The notes below the pieces were generated by a model that saw only the letters and a list, made by a program, of their open reading frames with translations, searched no databases and was not told the origin of the DNA. Source: Mobula hypostoma (taxonomy: Eukaryota). Taken from it: DNA of 64,000 nt. The position numbers and the translations under genes are program-made. This document shows, piece after piece, positions 28,191 to 38,529 of the stretch. Where the stretch lies: assembly GCF_963921235.1 (NCBI RefSeq), contig NC_086117.1, positions 27,404,001-27,468,000 on the forward strand. Direction: 5' to 3'. The first letter of the stretch is position 1. Every line of letters begins with the position of its first letter.

Positions 28191-28467
28191 TATTTTGAAT
28201 GATATTTTATTAACTTATTTGTGGTAATATTGTATTTTAAGTACCATACATAATATGTATTTTATGGGTGCACTGTGGTCTGGAGGAACTTTGTTTCATT
28301 TGGTTGTATACTGTATATGTACAGTCAGATGAAAATAAACTTCAACTTGAAGCAGTCCAGGAGTAAATTTCTGCCTCCAGTAATGGTGAGCTCCTCAGGG
28401 GCTCAAGTGTTTGTAGATAGTGATAACTGTATTTTAATTTGAAACTGTAAATAGTGTTATGAAGTTG

Positions 28468-30960
28468 TGCGTGTGTGGGATCCATCCCCCCATTGTGAGT
28501 CAGTGTGTGTGTGGGACCTGTCCCCCCAGTGAAGGTCAGTGTGTGTGGGACCCGTCCCCAGCGAGGGTCAATGTGTGTGTGACCCCTCCCCCAGTGAGGG
28601 TCAGTGTGTGTGGGACGCCTCCCCCTAGTGAGGGTCAGTGTGTGTGTGGGATCCGTCCCCAGCGAGGGTCAGTGTGTGTGGGACCCGTCCCCCCAGTGAG
28701 GGTCAGTGTGTGTGGGACCCCTCCCCCCAGTGAGGGTCAGTGTGTGGGTGGGACCCGTCCCCAGCGAGGGTCAGTGTGTGTGGGGGACCGGTCTCCCCAG
28801 TGAGGGTCAGTGTGTGTGTGTGTGTGGGACCCGTCTCCCAGTGAGGGTCAGTGTGTGGGGGACCCGTCTCCCAGTGAGGGTCAGTGTTTGTGGGACCCGT
28901 CTCCCAGTGAGGGTCAGTGTGTGTGTGACCCCACCCCCAGTGAGGGTCAGTGTGTGTGGGACGCCTCCCCCTAGTGAGGGTCAGTGTGTGTGTGGGACCC
29001 GTCCCCAGCGAGGGTCAGTGTGTGTGGGACCCCTCCCCCCAGTGAGGGTCAGTGTGTGTGGGACCCCTCCCCCCAGTGAGGGTCAGTGTGTGTGTGGGAC
29101 CCGTCCCCAGCGAGGGTCAGTGTGTGTGGGACCCCTCCCCTAGTGAGGGTCAGTGTGTGTGGGGGACCGGTCTCCCCAGTGAGGGTCAGTGTGTGTGTGT
29201 GTGTGGGACCCGTCTCCCAGTGAGGGTCAGTGTGTGTGGGACCCGTCTCCCCAGTGAGGGTCAGTGTGTGTGTGTGGGACCCGTCTCCCCAGTGAGGGTC
29301 AGTGTGTGTGTGTGGGACCCGTCTCCCAGTGAGGGTCAGTGTGTGGGGGACCCGTCTCCCAGTGAGGGTCAGTGTGTGGGGGACCCGTCTCCCAGTGAGG
29401 GTCAGTGTGTGTGGGGGACCCGTCTCCCCAGTGAGGGTCAGTGTGTGTGGGACCCGTCTCCCCAGTGAGGGTCAGTGTGTGTGTGTGGGACCCGTCTCCC
29501 CAGTGAGGGTCAGTGTGTGTGTGTGGGACCCGTCTCCCAGTGAGGGTCAGTGTGTGGGGGACCCGTCTCCCAGTGAGGGTCAGTGTTTGTGGGACCCGTC
29601 TCCCAGTGAGGGTCAGTGTGTGTGGGGGACCCGTCTCCCCAGTGAGGGTCAGTGTGTGTGGGACCCGTCCCCCAAGTGAAGGTCAGTGTGTGTGGGGGAC
29701 CCGTCTCCCCAGTGAGGGTCAGTGTGTGTGGGGGACCCGTCCCCCCAGTGAGGGTCAGTGTGTGTAGGACCCGTCCCCCCAGTGAGGGTCAGTGTGTGTG
29801 TGGGACCCGTCCCCCCAGTGAGGGTCAGTGTGTGTGGGGGACCGGTCTCCCCAGTGAGGGTCAGTGTGTGTGTGTGTGTGGGACCCGTCTCCCAGTGAGG
29901 GTCAGTGTGTGGGGGACCCGTCTCCCAGTGAGGGTCAGTGTTTGTGGGACCCGTCTCCCAGTGAGGGTCAGTGTGTGTGTGACCCCACCCCCAGTGAGGG
30001 TCAGTGTGTGTGGGACGCCTCCCCCTAGTGAGGGTCAGTGTGTGTGTGGGACCCGTCCCCAGCGAGGGTCAGTGTGTGTGGGACCCCTCCCCCCAGTGAG
30101 GGTCAGTGTGTGTGGGACCCCTCCCCCCAGTGAGGGTCAGTGTGTGTGTGGGACCCGTCCCCAGCGAGGGTCAGTGTGTGTGGGACCCCTCCCCTAGTGA
30201 GGGTCAGTGTGTGTGGGGGACCGGTCTCCCCAGTGAGGGTCAGTGTGTGTGTGTGTGTGGGACCCGTCTCCCAGTGAGGGTCAGTGTGTGTGGGACCCGT
30301 CTCCCCAGTGAGGGTCAGTGTGTGTGTGTGGGACCCGTCTCCCCAGTGAGGGTCAGTGTGTGTGTGTGGGACCCGTCTCCCAGTGAGGGTCAGTGTGTGG
30401 GGGACCCGTCTCCCAGTGAGGGTCAGTGTGTGGGGGACCCGTCTCCCAGTGAGGGTCAGTGTGTGTGGGGGACCCGTCTCCCCAGTGAGGGTCAGTGTGT
30501 GTGGGGGACCCGTCTCCCCAGTGAGGGTCAGTGTGTGTGGGACCCGTCTCCCCAGTGAGGGTCAGTGTGTGTGTGTGGGACCCGTCTCCCCAGTGAGGGT
30601 CAGTGTGTGTGTGTGGGACCCGTCTCCCAGTGAGGGTCAGTGTGTGGGGGACCCGTCTCCCAGTGAGGGTCAGTGTTTGTGGGACCCGTCTCCCAGTGAG
30701 GGTCAGTGTGTGTGGGGGACCCGTCTCCCCAGTGAGGGTCAGTGTGTGTGGGACCCGTCCCCCAAGTGAAGGTCAGTGTGTGTGGGGGACCCGTCTCCCC
30801 AGTGAGGGTCAGTGTGTGTGGGGGACCCGTCCCCCCAGTGAGGGTCAGTGTGTGTAGGACCCGTCCCCCCAGTGAGGGTCAGTGTGTGTGTGGGACCCGT
30901 CCCCCCAGTGAAGGTCAGTGTGTGTGGGGGACCCATCTCCCCAGTGAGGGTCGGTGTGAG
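28468..30960. repeat. Minisatellite (~31-39-bp unit CAGTGAGGGTCAG(TG)nGGACCCGTCTCC) with ~1.05-1.09-kb higher-order duplication
   Basis: Tandem units seen directly; identical ORF-track peptides recur at offsets of 1054 and 1090 bp. Confidence 0.97.
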
Positions 30961-31340
30961 GGACAGCTCACTCATCTTTGGTCCCCACAGACACTCAGCT
31001 CTCAGTTGTGACTCCAAGTAGCTCGAAGCTGTTGCATGTGATAGGGGCCTCATACCCCAGGGGGAAAGGGACATGCCCATCCTCGCGTGCAGAGTCAACT
31101 CTGGCAGATTGGGTGGATGAGATCAACGGTCAGGAAGGTGGCTCTGCAATGCCCCGTGGACAGCGAGTGACATGATGAGGAACAGAAGTAAATGTGGTCA
31201 TCTGCTACAACCGAGGAAGGTGCTTGTTTGCATCACTGGACCTGGATTTCTAAGACAAAGTGGAACTGCCCTAGTGCAACAGCTTTTCCACTTTACAACT
31301 CCCGCGCACATGTTTCCTGTCATCGGACATGACGGACGCT
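30961..31340 (+). mobile_element. Older, diverged relative of the ribozyme-bearing element
   Basis: Shares ctttggtccccac...cactcagctctca...gtagct...gctgttgcatgtgatag..ggcc...cataccc; P4 and the 3' strand of P2 are deleted; different 3' end. Confidence 0.6.
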
Positions 31341-31399
31341 CACATTGCTGAAATTTTAAGTAGAATTCCACTAGTTAAATTAAATTAATCAGGACTTAC

Positions 31400-31539
31400 T
31401 TTTTCCCTTCGAGGTCTGAAAACCATCCCAAATTGTCAGCTATGATATGATGATTGCTACACCCCGGGCACTTCACAATAACCACTCCATTGTGATAAGC
31501 AAGTTTGGAAATCCGCTTGGCAGATCTTTCATTACACAC
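31400..31539 (-). CDS. DNLZ: DNLZ exon 2 (zf-DNL core)
   Basis: [46 protein letters not shown]; tttcag acceptor, gtaagt donor, phase 0/2; CxxC and DNL motifs. Confidence 0.97.
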
Positions 31540-31929
31540 CTGAAAGAATATAAAATACTCATCAGCGTTGTATGAAAGGTCAGGTCCTTTTTCTATTTGA
31601 CCTTAACCTGCCTCCCCACCTCAAACCCCTAAATTTGTTTCTGAGCCAGCACTGGATAATGAACAGAGGTGAGTGACTCTGGTCTCCGAATACCAAAGGT
31701 TAAAGAGCAACTTCCCTGTATCTTTGTTCCCGACATAAGTAATGCCGTATTCTCATATACCTCACAACATACAGTCTTTGAGGGTAGTACAAGGGTATAG
31801 ACAGGTGAGTGGCTCCCTCAGTTCCTATGGTGTTGTTTGTGTGGGGTTTGTGTGTTTGCTTTGTGACTGGGGTTCCTCCCACATCCTATAGAAATATACA
31901 GATTAAAAAATCTAGTCCTTTCCCGGCGT

Positions 31930-32327
31930 GTATGACGAATAAACTCTTCTCAGGCTCCCAGCCAGGTACAGGAATCGATTATAACCGACGTTTCAATGAC
32001 AACCATTGCCATCTCCATCAGAGACGATGCCCGGGTATGTCTAGTCCGAAGGTATTGTTACCCCCACCGTCCTTGTTAAAATAGAGGAAAAGAACTTTAA
32101 CAAAGGCAAAGGTCCCACTCAAATTGGAATTCACTTGTAAACCAGGTGGGAGAGTGGAAACCTGATTGGATGAGGACTAACCAATCAGGAGGGATGGACA
32201 ATGGGGTATCAATACCACCAGGCCAGACATCATCCTCATGAAGACGGCAGAGGTTTTCATCGAAACGTCAGTTATAACTGACAGTTGTACCCGGCTGGAA
32301 GCCCAAGAAGAGTTTATTCATCATATA
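31930..32327. mobile_element. Second palindromic Penelope-derived element
   Basis: Inverted ends tatgacgaataaactcttct/agaagagtttattcatcata; same family as 17660-18830. Confidence 0.75.
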
Positions 32328-32964
32328 CAGGTTGTCAGATAACTTACCACCAGTTGCCCCTCATGTAGCTGAGTAGTGGAATCTGGGATGGGGGGGTAAG
32401 GGGGTGATGTTGATAGGAGCACTAATTATTTGTTTTTATTGTAACGTATAGTAACTTGTTATGTATTGCACTGATGGCACAACATGACAAATTTCACAAC
32501 ATATATAATCCTGATTCTGGGGTTATGAATAGCACAACATGGGTGCTTGGTGATGGAGACGCAGTGGGTTCAGTGGATGTGCTGTGTCTCATCCATTCTC
32601 TCTCTCTCCATTTATGTCTAATTTAAATTTCCCGTGTTGTCTGAACCTAACCGCCTTGATATGCTGCTGCAAGTTTTTCCTATTGTACCTGTACCTCACA
32701 CATTTGTGTACATGACAGTAACCTCTATCTGACCCGACCCGACCTGACCTGACCCTCCTGCAAGTGGTATGTGGAAACCCTTACAGCATGAAATCAAGCC
32801 CTTTGACCCATGCGTCTCCCTAGGCTATAGGGAGAACGTGCACGACCCTGGGTTGAGATCGAACCCTCCTTGCTGTACCCCCACTATACTCTGAACAGTC
32901 ATTGCAAGTGTCCCGGAGGCTCCGGAATGCAGATGCGGAGGGGCAGAGCCGTCCTCCCGCTCAC

Positions 32965-33180
32965 CTTGCAGGTGTAGACCAGCTGATAGTGGGTGGCAGC
33001 GGCCTGGCTCGCACCGACGGCAGACCGCCTGTTCCGGCCGCTCCAGAGGCTTCTGCCGTGGGGTAGAGGCCGACCGCCGGCAAGGAGTATCCGGCGCGGA
33101 CACCTGGAGGCCGCAGCAATCAGCCGGGAGGTCACCGCTCCCCCTAAACGAGTAAAAGCGAGATGGAGACCCTGAGCCAT
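32965..33180 (-). CDS. DNLZ: DNL-type zinc finger protein (Zim17/Hep1) exon 1
   Basis: Good Kozak gtgATGG; Arg/Ala/Leu-rich presequence without acidic residues, then AATHYQLVYTCK; donor gtgagc. Confidence 0.93.
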
Positions 33181-33310
33181 CACTCCCACCGCGGCTGCAG
33201 CGCAGTTACTATGGAAACTCCAGCACACGTGTCCCGACCGGAAATACGTCACTGCCGCTTTCTCCGGGACCCTCGGGAGCCACTTGTCCTGTCACGTGAC
33301 ACTGGCTGGT
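33181..33310 (-). promoter_or_regulatory. DNLZ: DNLZ CpG-island promoter / 5' UTR
   Basis: CpG-rich from ~32920 to 33300; X-box-like GTTACTATGGAAAC (33205-33218), ETS-like CCGGAAAT (33238-33245), half-CRE ACGTCA, E-box GTCACGTGAC (33291-33300). Confidence 0.7.
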
Positions 33311-34282
33311 TGGTGCTGAGAGTTTCAGAAGCTGAGAAAAGTAGGGAAATCTCCCTCCGTTAAAAGTTAAACGAATACTTAAGATAACTGGTACCAGTTT
33401 AACATTATTGAAAGTATTTACATTTTAAACACAAGAGATTCTGCAGACCCTGGAAATCCAGAGCACAACTACTGGTGGAACGCAGTAGGTCAGCCTGCAA
33501 TTTTAACAGTTGAGGACATTCCAGGCCAGACCCTTCACCAGGACGCTTCATTTCTTTACATTTGTCTGCATTAAATTGGAATTATTATGTGACTGGCTAT
33601 TGGTTTTATGATAAACCGGTTGCTATGTTCAAAAATGACAGATCAACTCTTTTTCCACAGATGGTGACTGAGCGGCTGTGTGCTTCCAGAACGTTCTAGT
33701 TATAGAAATAATACTATTTTCTGTACTGCCGTCTCTGCAAAACCCATCTGCTCACAGAGCTATTATGTGGACCCAAAAAGCATTTGACTGTTTGCAAAAT
33801 AAAATAGTGAAGATCTATATGTTGACTGTAATAGGCAGACACTAACATTTGCAATTTAATGCAGGCAAGTGTAAATAAATACGAGGTCAAAGATAGGTAG
33901 AGGGGATAGTGAAACTCGTTGCTTGGGAAGGAAGTTTACAGATAGAATTTATATATACGATACTTCAAACGTGACAAGTTGAAATGCAATTGAATGATTA
34001 CAAATAATTATGACCTTAAATAATATTTAGGGCCTTCATTAGAGGATTGATTTCATTATTGAGTATTGCACCTTCAGAAGGACAGCTTGACTTCACACAT
34101 TGTTGTTGGATTATGAATAAGATTATAAGGAGCAGAAACAAATTTAGGATATTTGGCCCTTTGTACATGCTTCTGTATTCAACAAAGCCATAGCCAAATC
34201 TTTCACTTTTTAAATCTTTTTATTAATTTTCCAAAGTTATAAACAGAATAACAATGTTGATACAGAGAGACTGGAATAATCT

Positions 34283-34952
34283 GGATGTGGCCTTCTATAT
34301 GTTGGCGAGACCCGACGCAGACTGGGAGATCGTTTTGCTGAACACCCACACTCTGTCCGCCAGAGAAAGCAGGATCTCCCAGTGGCCACACGTTTTAATT
34401 CCACATCCCATTCCCATTCTGATATGTCTATCCACGGCCACCTCTACTGTAAAGATGAAGCCACACTCAGGTTGGAGGAACAACACCTTATATTCCGTCT
34501 GGGTAGCCTCCAACCTGATGGCATGAACATTGACTTCTCAAACTTCTGCTAATGCCCCAACTCCCCGTCGAACCCCATGCGTTATTTATTTATATACACA
34601 TTTTTTTTTCTCTCTCTCTCTCCCTCTCCTTTTTCTCCCTCTGTCCCTCTCACTATACCCCTTGCCCATCCTCTGGGTCCCCCCCCCGTTTTCTTTCTCC
34701 CTGGGCCTCCTGTCCCATGATCCTCTCATATCCCCTTTGCCAATCACCTGTCCAGCTCTTGGCTCCATCCCTCCCCCTCCTGTCTTCTCCTATCATTTTG
34801 GATCTTCCCCCACCCCTCCCAATTTCAAATCTCTTACTAGCTCTTCCTTCAGTTAGTCCTGACGAAAGGTCTCAGCCTGAAACGTCGACTGTACCTCTTC
34901 CTAGAGATGCTGCCTGGCCTGCTGCGTTCACCGGCAACTTTTATGTGTGTTG
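34283..34952 (+). mobile_element. Penelope-like element 3' end (GIY-YIG C-terminus + pLTR)
   Basis: LYVGETRRRLGDRFAEH...RLEEQHLIFRLGSLQPDGMNIDF; 12-bp TSD ctggaataatct at 34271-34282 and 34953-34964. Confidence 0.9.
34855..34890 (+). ncRNA. Minimal type I hammerhead ribozyme motif in the Penelope pLTR
   Basis: AGTC-CTGACGA-A-AGG(TCTCAG)CCT-GAAA-CG-TC-GACT. Confidence 0.65.
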
Positions 34953-36691
34953 CTGGAATAATCTTATTGTTAATAAGCATATACAAAAAAGATTTCAAAT
35001 AATACAAGTATAATAGACTTCCAAACTCATGATGTAATTAATCATAGAGAAAAAAGAAATAAAAAGAAAAAAATACAAAGAAAACCCCCAAAAAGAAACA
35101 AAAAAAGAACTAAATACTAAACCCAAAAAAGCAAACGGAACAAAACAAGGCTAGACCATTATCTTAAATCGAACACGTTCAATGATGTTGTCAACTCTGC
35201 TCCTCTATTCATATATTTTAAGTTAATAAGAAGGATTCGGAAAGGTCAAATTACATCATATGAAAATGTTGAATAAATGGTTTCCAAGTCTCTTCAAATT
35301 TAACCGAAGGATCAAAAATGTCACTTCTAATTTTTCCTAAATTTAAACATGATATAGTTTGGGAAAACCATGCTAAATCTTTCACTTCTTTTATTTTTGT
35401 TTATTTATTTACTGAGAATCGTTTCAGAATAGCCTCTTGCAGCCACGCCACCCAGCAATCCCCCATTTAATCCTAGCCTAATTGCGGCGCAATTTACAAC
35501 GACTAATTAACCTATCAATCGGTTTATGTCCTTGGATTGTGGGAGGAAACTGAAGAAAACCCACGGGGAGAACATATAGGCAGCAGTGGGAATTGAACCC
35601 ATGTCGCTGGTACTGTAAACTGGTGTGCTAACCACTATGCTACTGTACAACTTCTCTGCAGTATTTCATATCCTTAATAGCCAAAAATCAATTGAACTCT
35701 GAAGAATCTTTGTGATTGAACCTCCACAATCCCATTGGATATATCTACTTCCCACTGGGTAAGACATTTCTTTTCATCTCTTTAACCCCTATGAAGACTG
35801 TGACCCATGGTCCTAGACACATCAACCATCCTCTGCATCAACCCTGTCAAACCTACGAAGAATTTTGCATGTTTCAATGAGATTATATTTCATTTGTATA
35901 AATTCTAGAGAATATAAACCCAGACTGCCTAATCTCTCCTCAAACGACAAATCTGCCACCCGGGAATGAATCTAGTAAACCATTACTGTTTTCCCCATTA
36001 GCCTTCCTTAAATAGAGAGGCCTATCTTGCAGGAATGCTCTTACCAGTGCACTATAAAGTTGGGGTAAGATTTCAAATCCTCTTGAAATTAAGCACAATA
36101 CCACATAACTTTATAATTGTTTGCTTCACCTGCATGTTAACTCTCAGTGTCAATTGTACAAGAAACATTTAGACGTTCCTCTACACCCAAAGTCCCCCCC
36201 AGCTTCTCCCTCCCGCACGTAAGCAGCAGTGAGCAATGACTCCCCCTCCCCCCACCAGAAATAAACACGCATCGGTACCATCGCCGAGCCCAAGCGTGTG
36301 CTGAGCAATAGCAAAGATACAGACCAAAGTTACCCCAATGGCTTCACATTTCATCCGATATTCGACAAACCACAGGTTCTCTCTCTCCCTGGCAAGGGGG
36401 AGGGAGGTGTCTCCCATTTTCACAGTGAGCGGGATGTTATTTGCACATTATATTCCATGTGCAATTTCATTGCCATTTTATTAAGTCTGTTTGTATACCT
36501 TGAAGCCTCTTTGTATCCTCCTTACAACCTACACTGACACCTAATAGAACATTACCACCCTTTGGCCAATGATGTTGTTCCAGCCTTTTAACCTTCTTTG
36601 AGATCAATCTAACTCTTCCCTCCCATATTGCCCTCCATTTTTTTCTTAATCCTTGTGCCTGTGTAAGAGTAACCATCTCTTGTAAGTGTAT

Positions 36692-36877
36692 GGGGTGTCA
36701 GGGAGGGTTAGCACCTCTGGTGGGGGAACATGTCGCGTCCTTTTCAAGGCAGTTAGTCCACCTTTGGTCCCCACCTGGCACTCAGCTCTCACCTGTGGCT
36801 CCCTGTAGCTGTTTGCATGCGACAGCGGCCACACCCCGGGCAACGGCTCCGACAAGCCGGCTAAACCAGGTGAGGGT
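36692..36877 (+). ncRNA. HDV-like self-cleaving ribozyme (predicted) at the 5' end of a retroelement
   Basis: P1 GGGGTGT/ACACCCC, P2 GCTCTCACCTGT/ACCAGGTGAGGGT, P3 GGC/GCC, P1.1 CC/GG, GCAA, P4 CGGC/GCCG and J4/2 G-C-TAA, all in HDV order; folded by eye. Confidence 0.8.
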
Positions 36878-37244
36878 AGCCGACGGGTCTCAAACCCTCG
36901 GTGAGATAGGGAGGTGTCTATCCCAGCATGTGAAGACAGACTCCGGCGGATTGAGCGGACGAGACCAATGGAATGTCCAACGGTTAAGAAGGCGGTCTCT
37001 GCAAGCGTCGTGGAACGTGTAGAGCAGGAGAAGACACAGAAGACGTCCTGGTCATCCACTGCGCCTAGTCCCATCTCCAGCCGTCTAGACTCTGGGTCCA
37101 GACCACTGGATCCAGATGGGAATTGGGAAGAGAGAGTGAGGCTGACACTGCGCAACTCTCCCTCACTTAAATCCAAATCACGCGCTAGTCTCGACACCAT
37201 CATAATGGTGTCGAGGTCCTCATCGACGTCAATGATGGACGAAC
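36692..37244 (+). mobile_element. Non-autonomous RTE-type short retroelement, apparently full length
   Basis: Imperfect TSD aagag(t)aaccatc at 36665-36677 and 37245-37256; 5' ribozyme; 3' stem-loops; near-identical second copy with a (CAA)n tail at 3526-3909. Confidence 0.8.
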
Positions 37245-37849
37245 AAGAGAACCATCAAGAAAACTGGTTATGCAGTACTGTGCAAAAGTCTTGGGCATAT
37301 ATATTTAGGGCCTCAGTTGGAGGGTTGATTTCAATATTGGGTACAGCACTTTCAGAAGGATAGCTTGACTCTACACATATTGTGTTGTTGGATTATGAAT
37401 AAGATTATAAGAAACATAAGCAAACTTAGGCTATTAGGCCCTTTGTACATCCTTCTGTATTCAACAAAACCATCACCCGATCTCCCTTCCCCTTGTACCA
37501 GCCATGATTCCCCTCTCCCTGTCTCCTTCCCACCCTCAGTCCACAATAGAGACCCATATCAGAATCAGGTTTATCACCACTTTCATATTTCATGTTTTTT
37601 TTGTGGCAGAAGTACAGTGCAATGCATAAAATTATTGCAATACTGTTTGGATTCCTGGATGTTAGGAAGTTTAGGCAAAAAAAAAGCAGGTGTTTCATTT
37701 CATCAGAAAGTTCAGATGAGAAGGGGAGTGGTTGATGGAGGTGGATGATCTCTTGAAAATGCTGAGTCTTTCCTCCTGCCATCAGATTTCTGAACATTGC
37801 ATTAAATCATAAACAGTATTTCATTATTCCTTTTACTTTGCACAGTTTA

Positions 37850-38236
37850 CAGTACTGTGTAAAAGCCTTAGACAGCGGAGATTTTTATATGGTTTCAGAG
37901 GGTATGGCCTCCACAGGGCCCTGATCTCAACATCATCGAGACTGTCTGGGATCACCTGGAGAGACAGAAGCAAGCGAGACAGCCAGAGTCTGCAGAAGAA
38001 CTGTGACAAGTTCTCCAAGATGCTTGGAACAACCTACCAGCTGATTTTCATATAAAACTGCATGACAGTGTACCTAAGAGAATTGATGCGGTTTTAAGGG
38101 CAAAAGATGGTCACACCTTTGATTTGATTTAGTTTTTTCTAACTGTATTGTATTTTTTGATATTTAGAAACTGTCGATTTCATTATTTTGAAAGCATCTT
38201 TACAGATTTTTTGCTGAAGACTTTTTCACAGGACTG
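37850..38236 (+). mobile_element. Internally deleted Tc1-like element
   Basis: Ends cagtactgtg...cacaggactg; encodes WPPQGPDLNIIETVWDHLERQ; another TIR fragment at ~37273. Confidence 0.7.
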
Positions 38237-38529
38237 CATTTATTCCGTAATTCACAGTATTTTAAATTATTTGCACTAATCTGCTGCCACGAAGCAACAC
38301 ATTTGATATATAAGTGGGTGATAATAAACCCGATTCTGATTGTGGAAGATGGGGAAGGGGGGGATGTGCATGTGGCAGAATTTTGCTGAAGTTGGTGGAA
38401 ATTAAGAAGGCTGATTTGTTGAATGTGGAGTGGAAGGACAGGATCTTGGGAACTATCTGTGGGAGGAGAGAGGGTTAGAGCAGACATAGGGGAAAGAAAT
38501 GAGACAGTCAAGGTCACTTTCAACTATAG

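Larger units (their letters stand above)
34209..35374 (-). mobile_element. 5'-truncated L1-type LINE containing the Penelope insertion
   Basis: ORF2 end WFSQTISCLNLGKIR...KFEETWKPFIQHF*; T-rich 3' UTR; TSD aaatctttcactt at 34196-34208 and 35375-35387. Confidence 0.8.

Noticed and set aside
28459-31011. Many Cys/Pro/Val-rich ORFs; superficially CRISPR-like periodicity
   Set aside because: Translations of a minisatellite; no unique spacers and no cas genes in a vertebrate context.
32899-33252. ORF-track start at 33252 and end at 32899 for DNLZ
   Set aside because: The upstream start is non-ATG and in the promoter; the ORF runs through the donor at 32964. The ATG at 33180 has the better context.
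36646-37363. 149-185-aa ORFs over the retroelement, repeated at 3486-4064
   Set aside because: Open on both strands with no domain motif, run past the element boundaries, and recur only because the element is duplicated.
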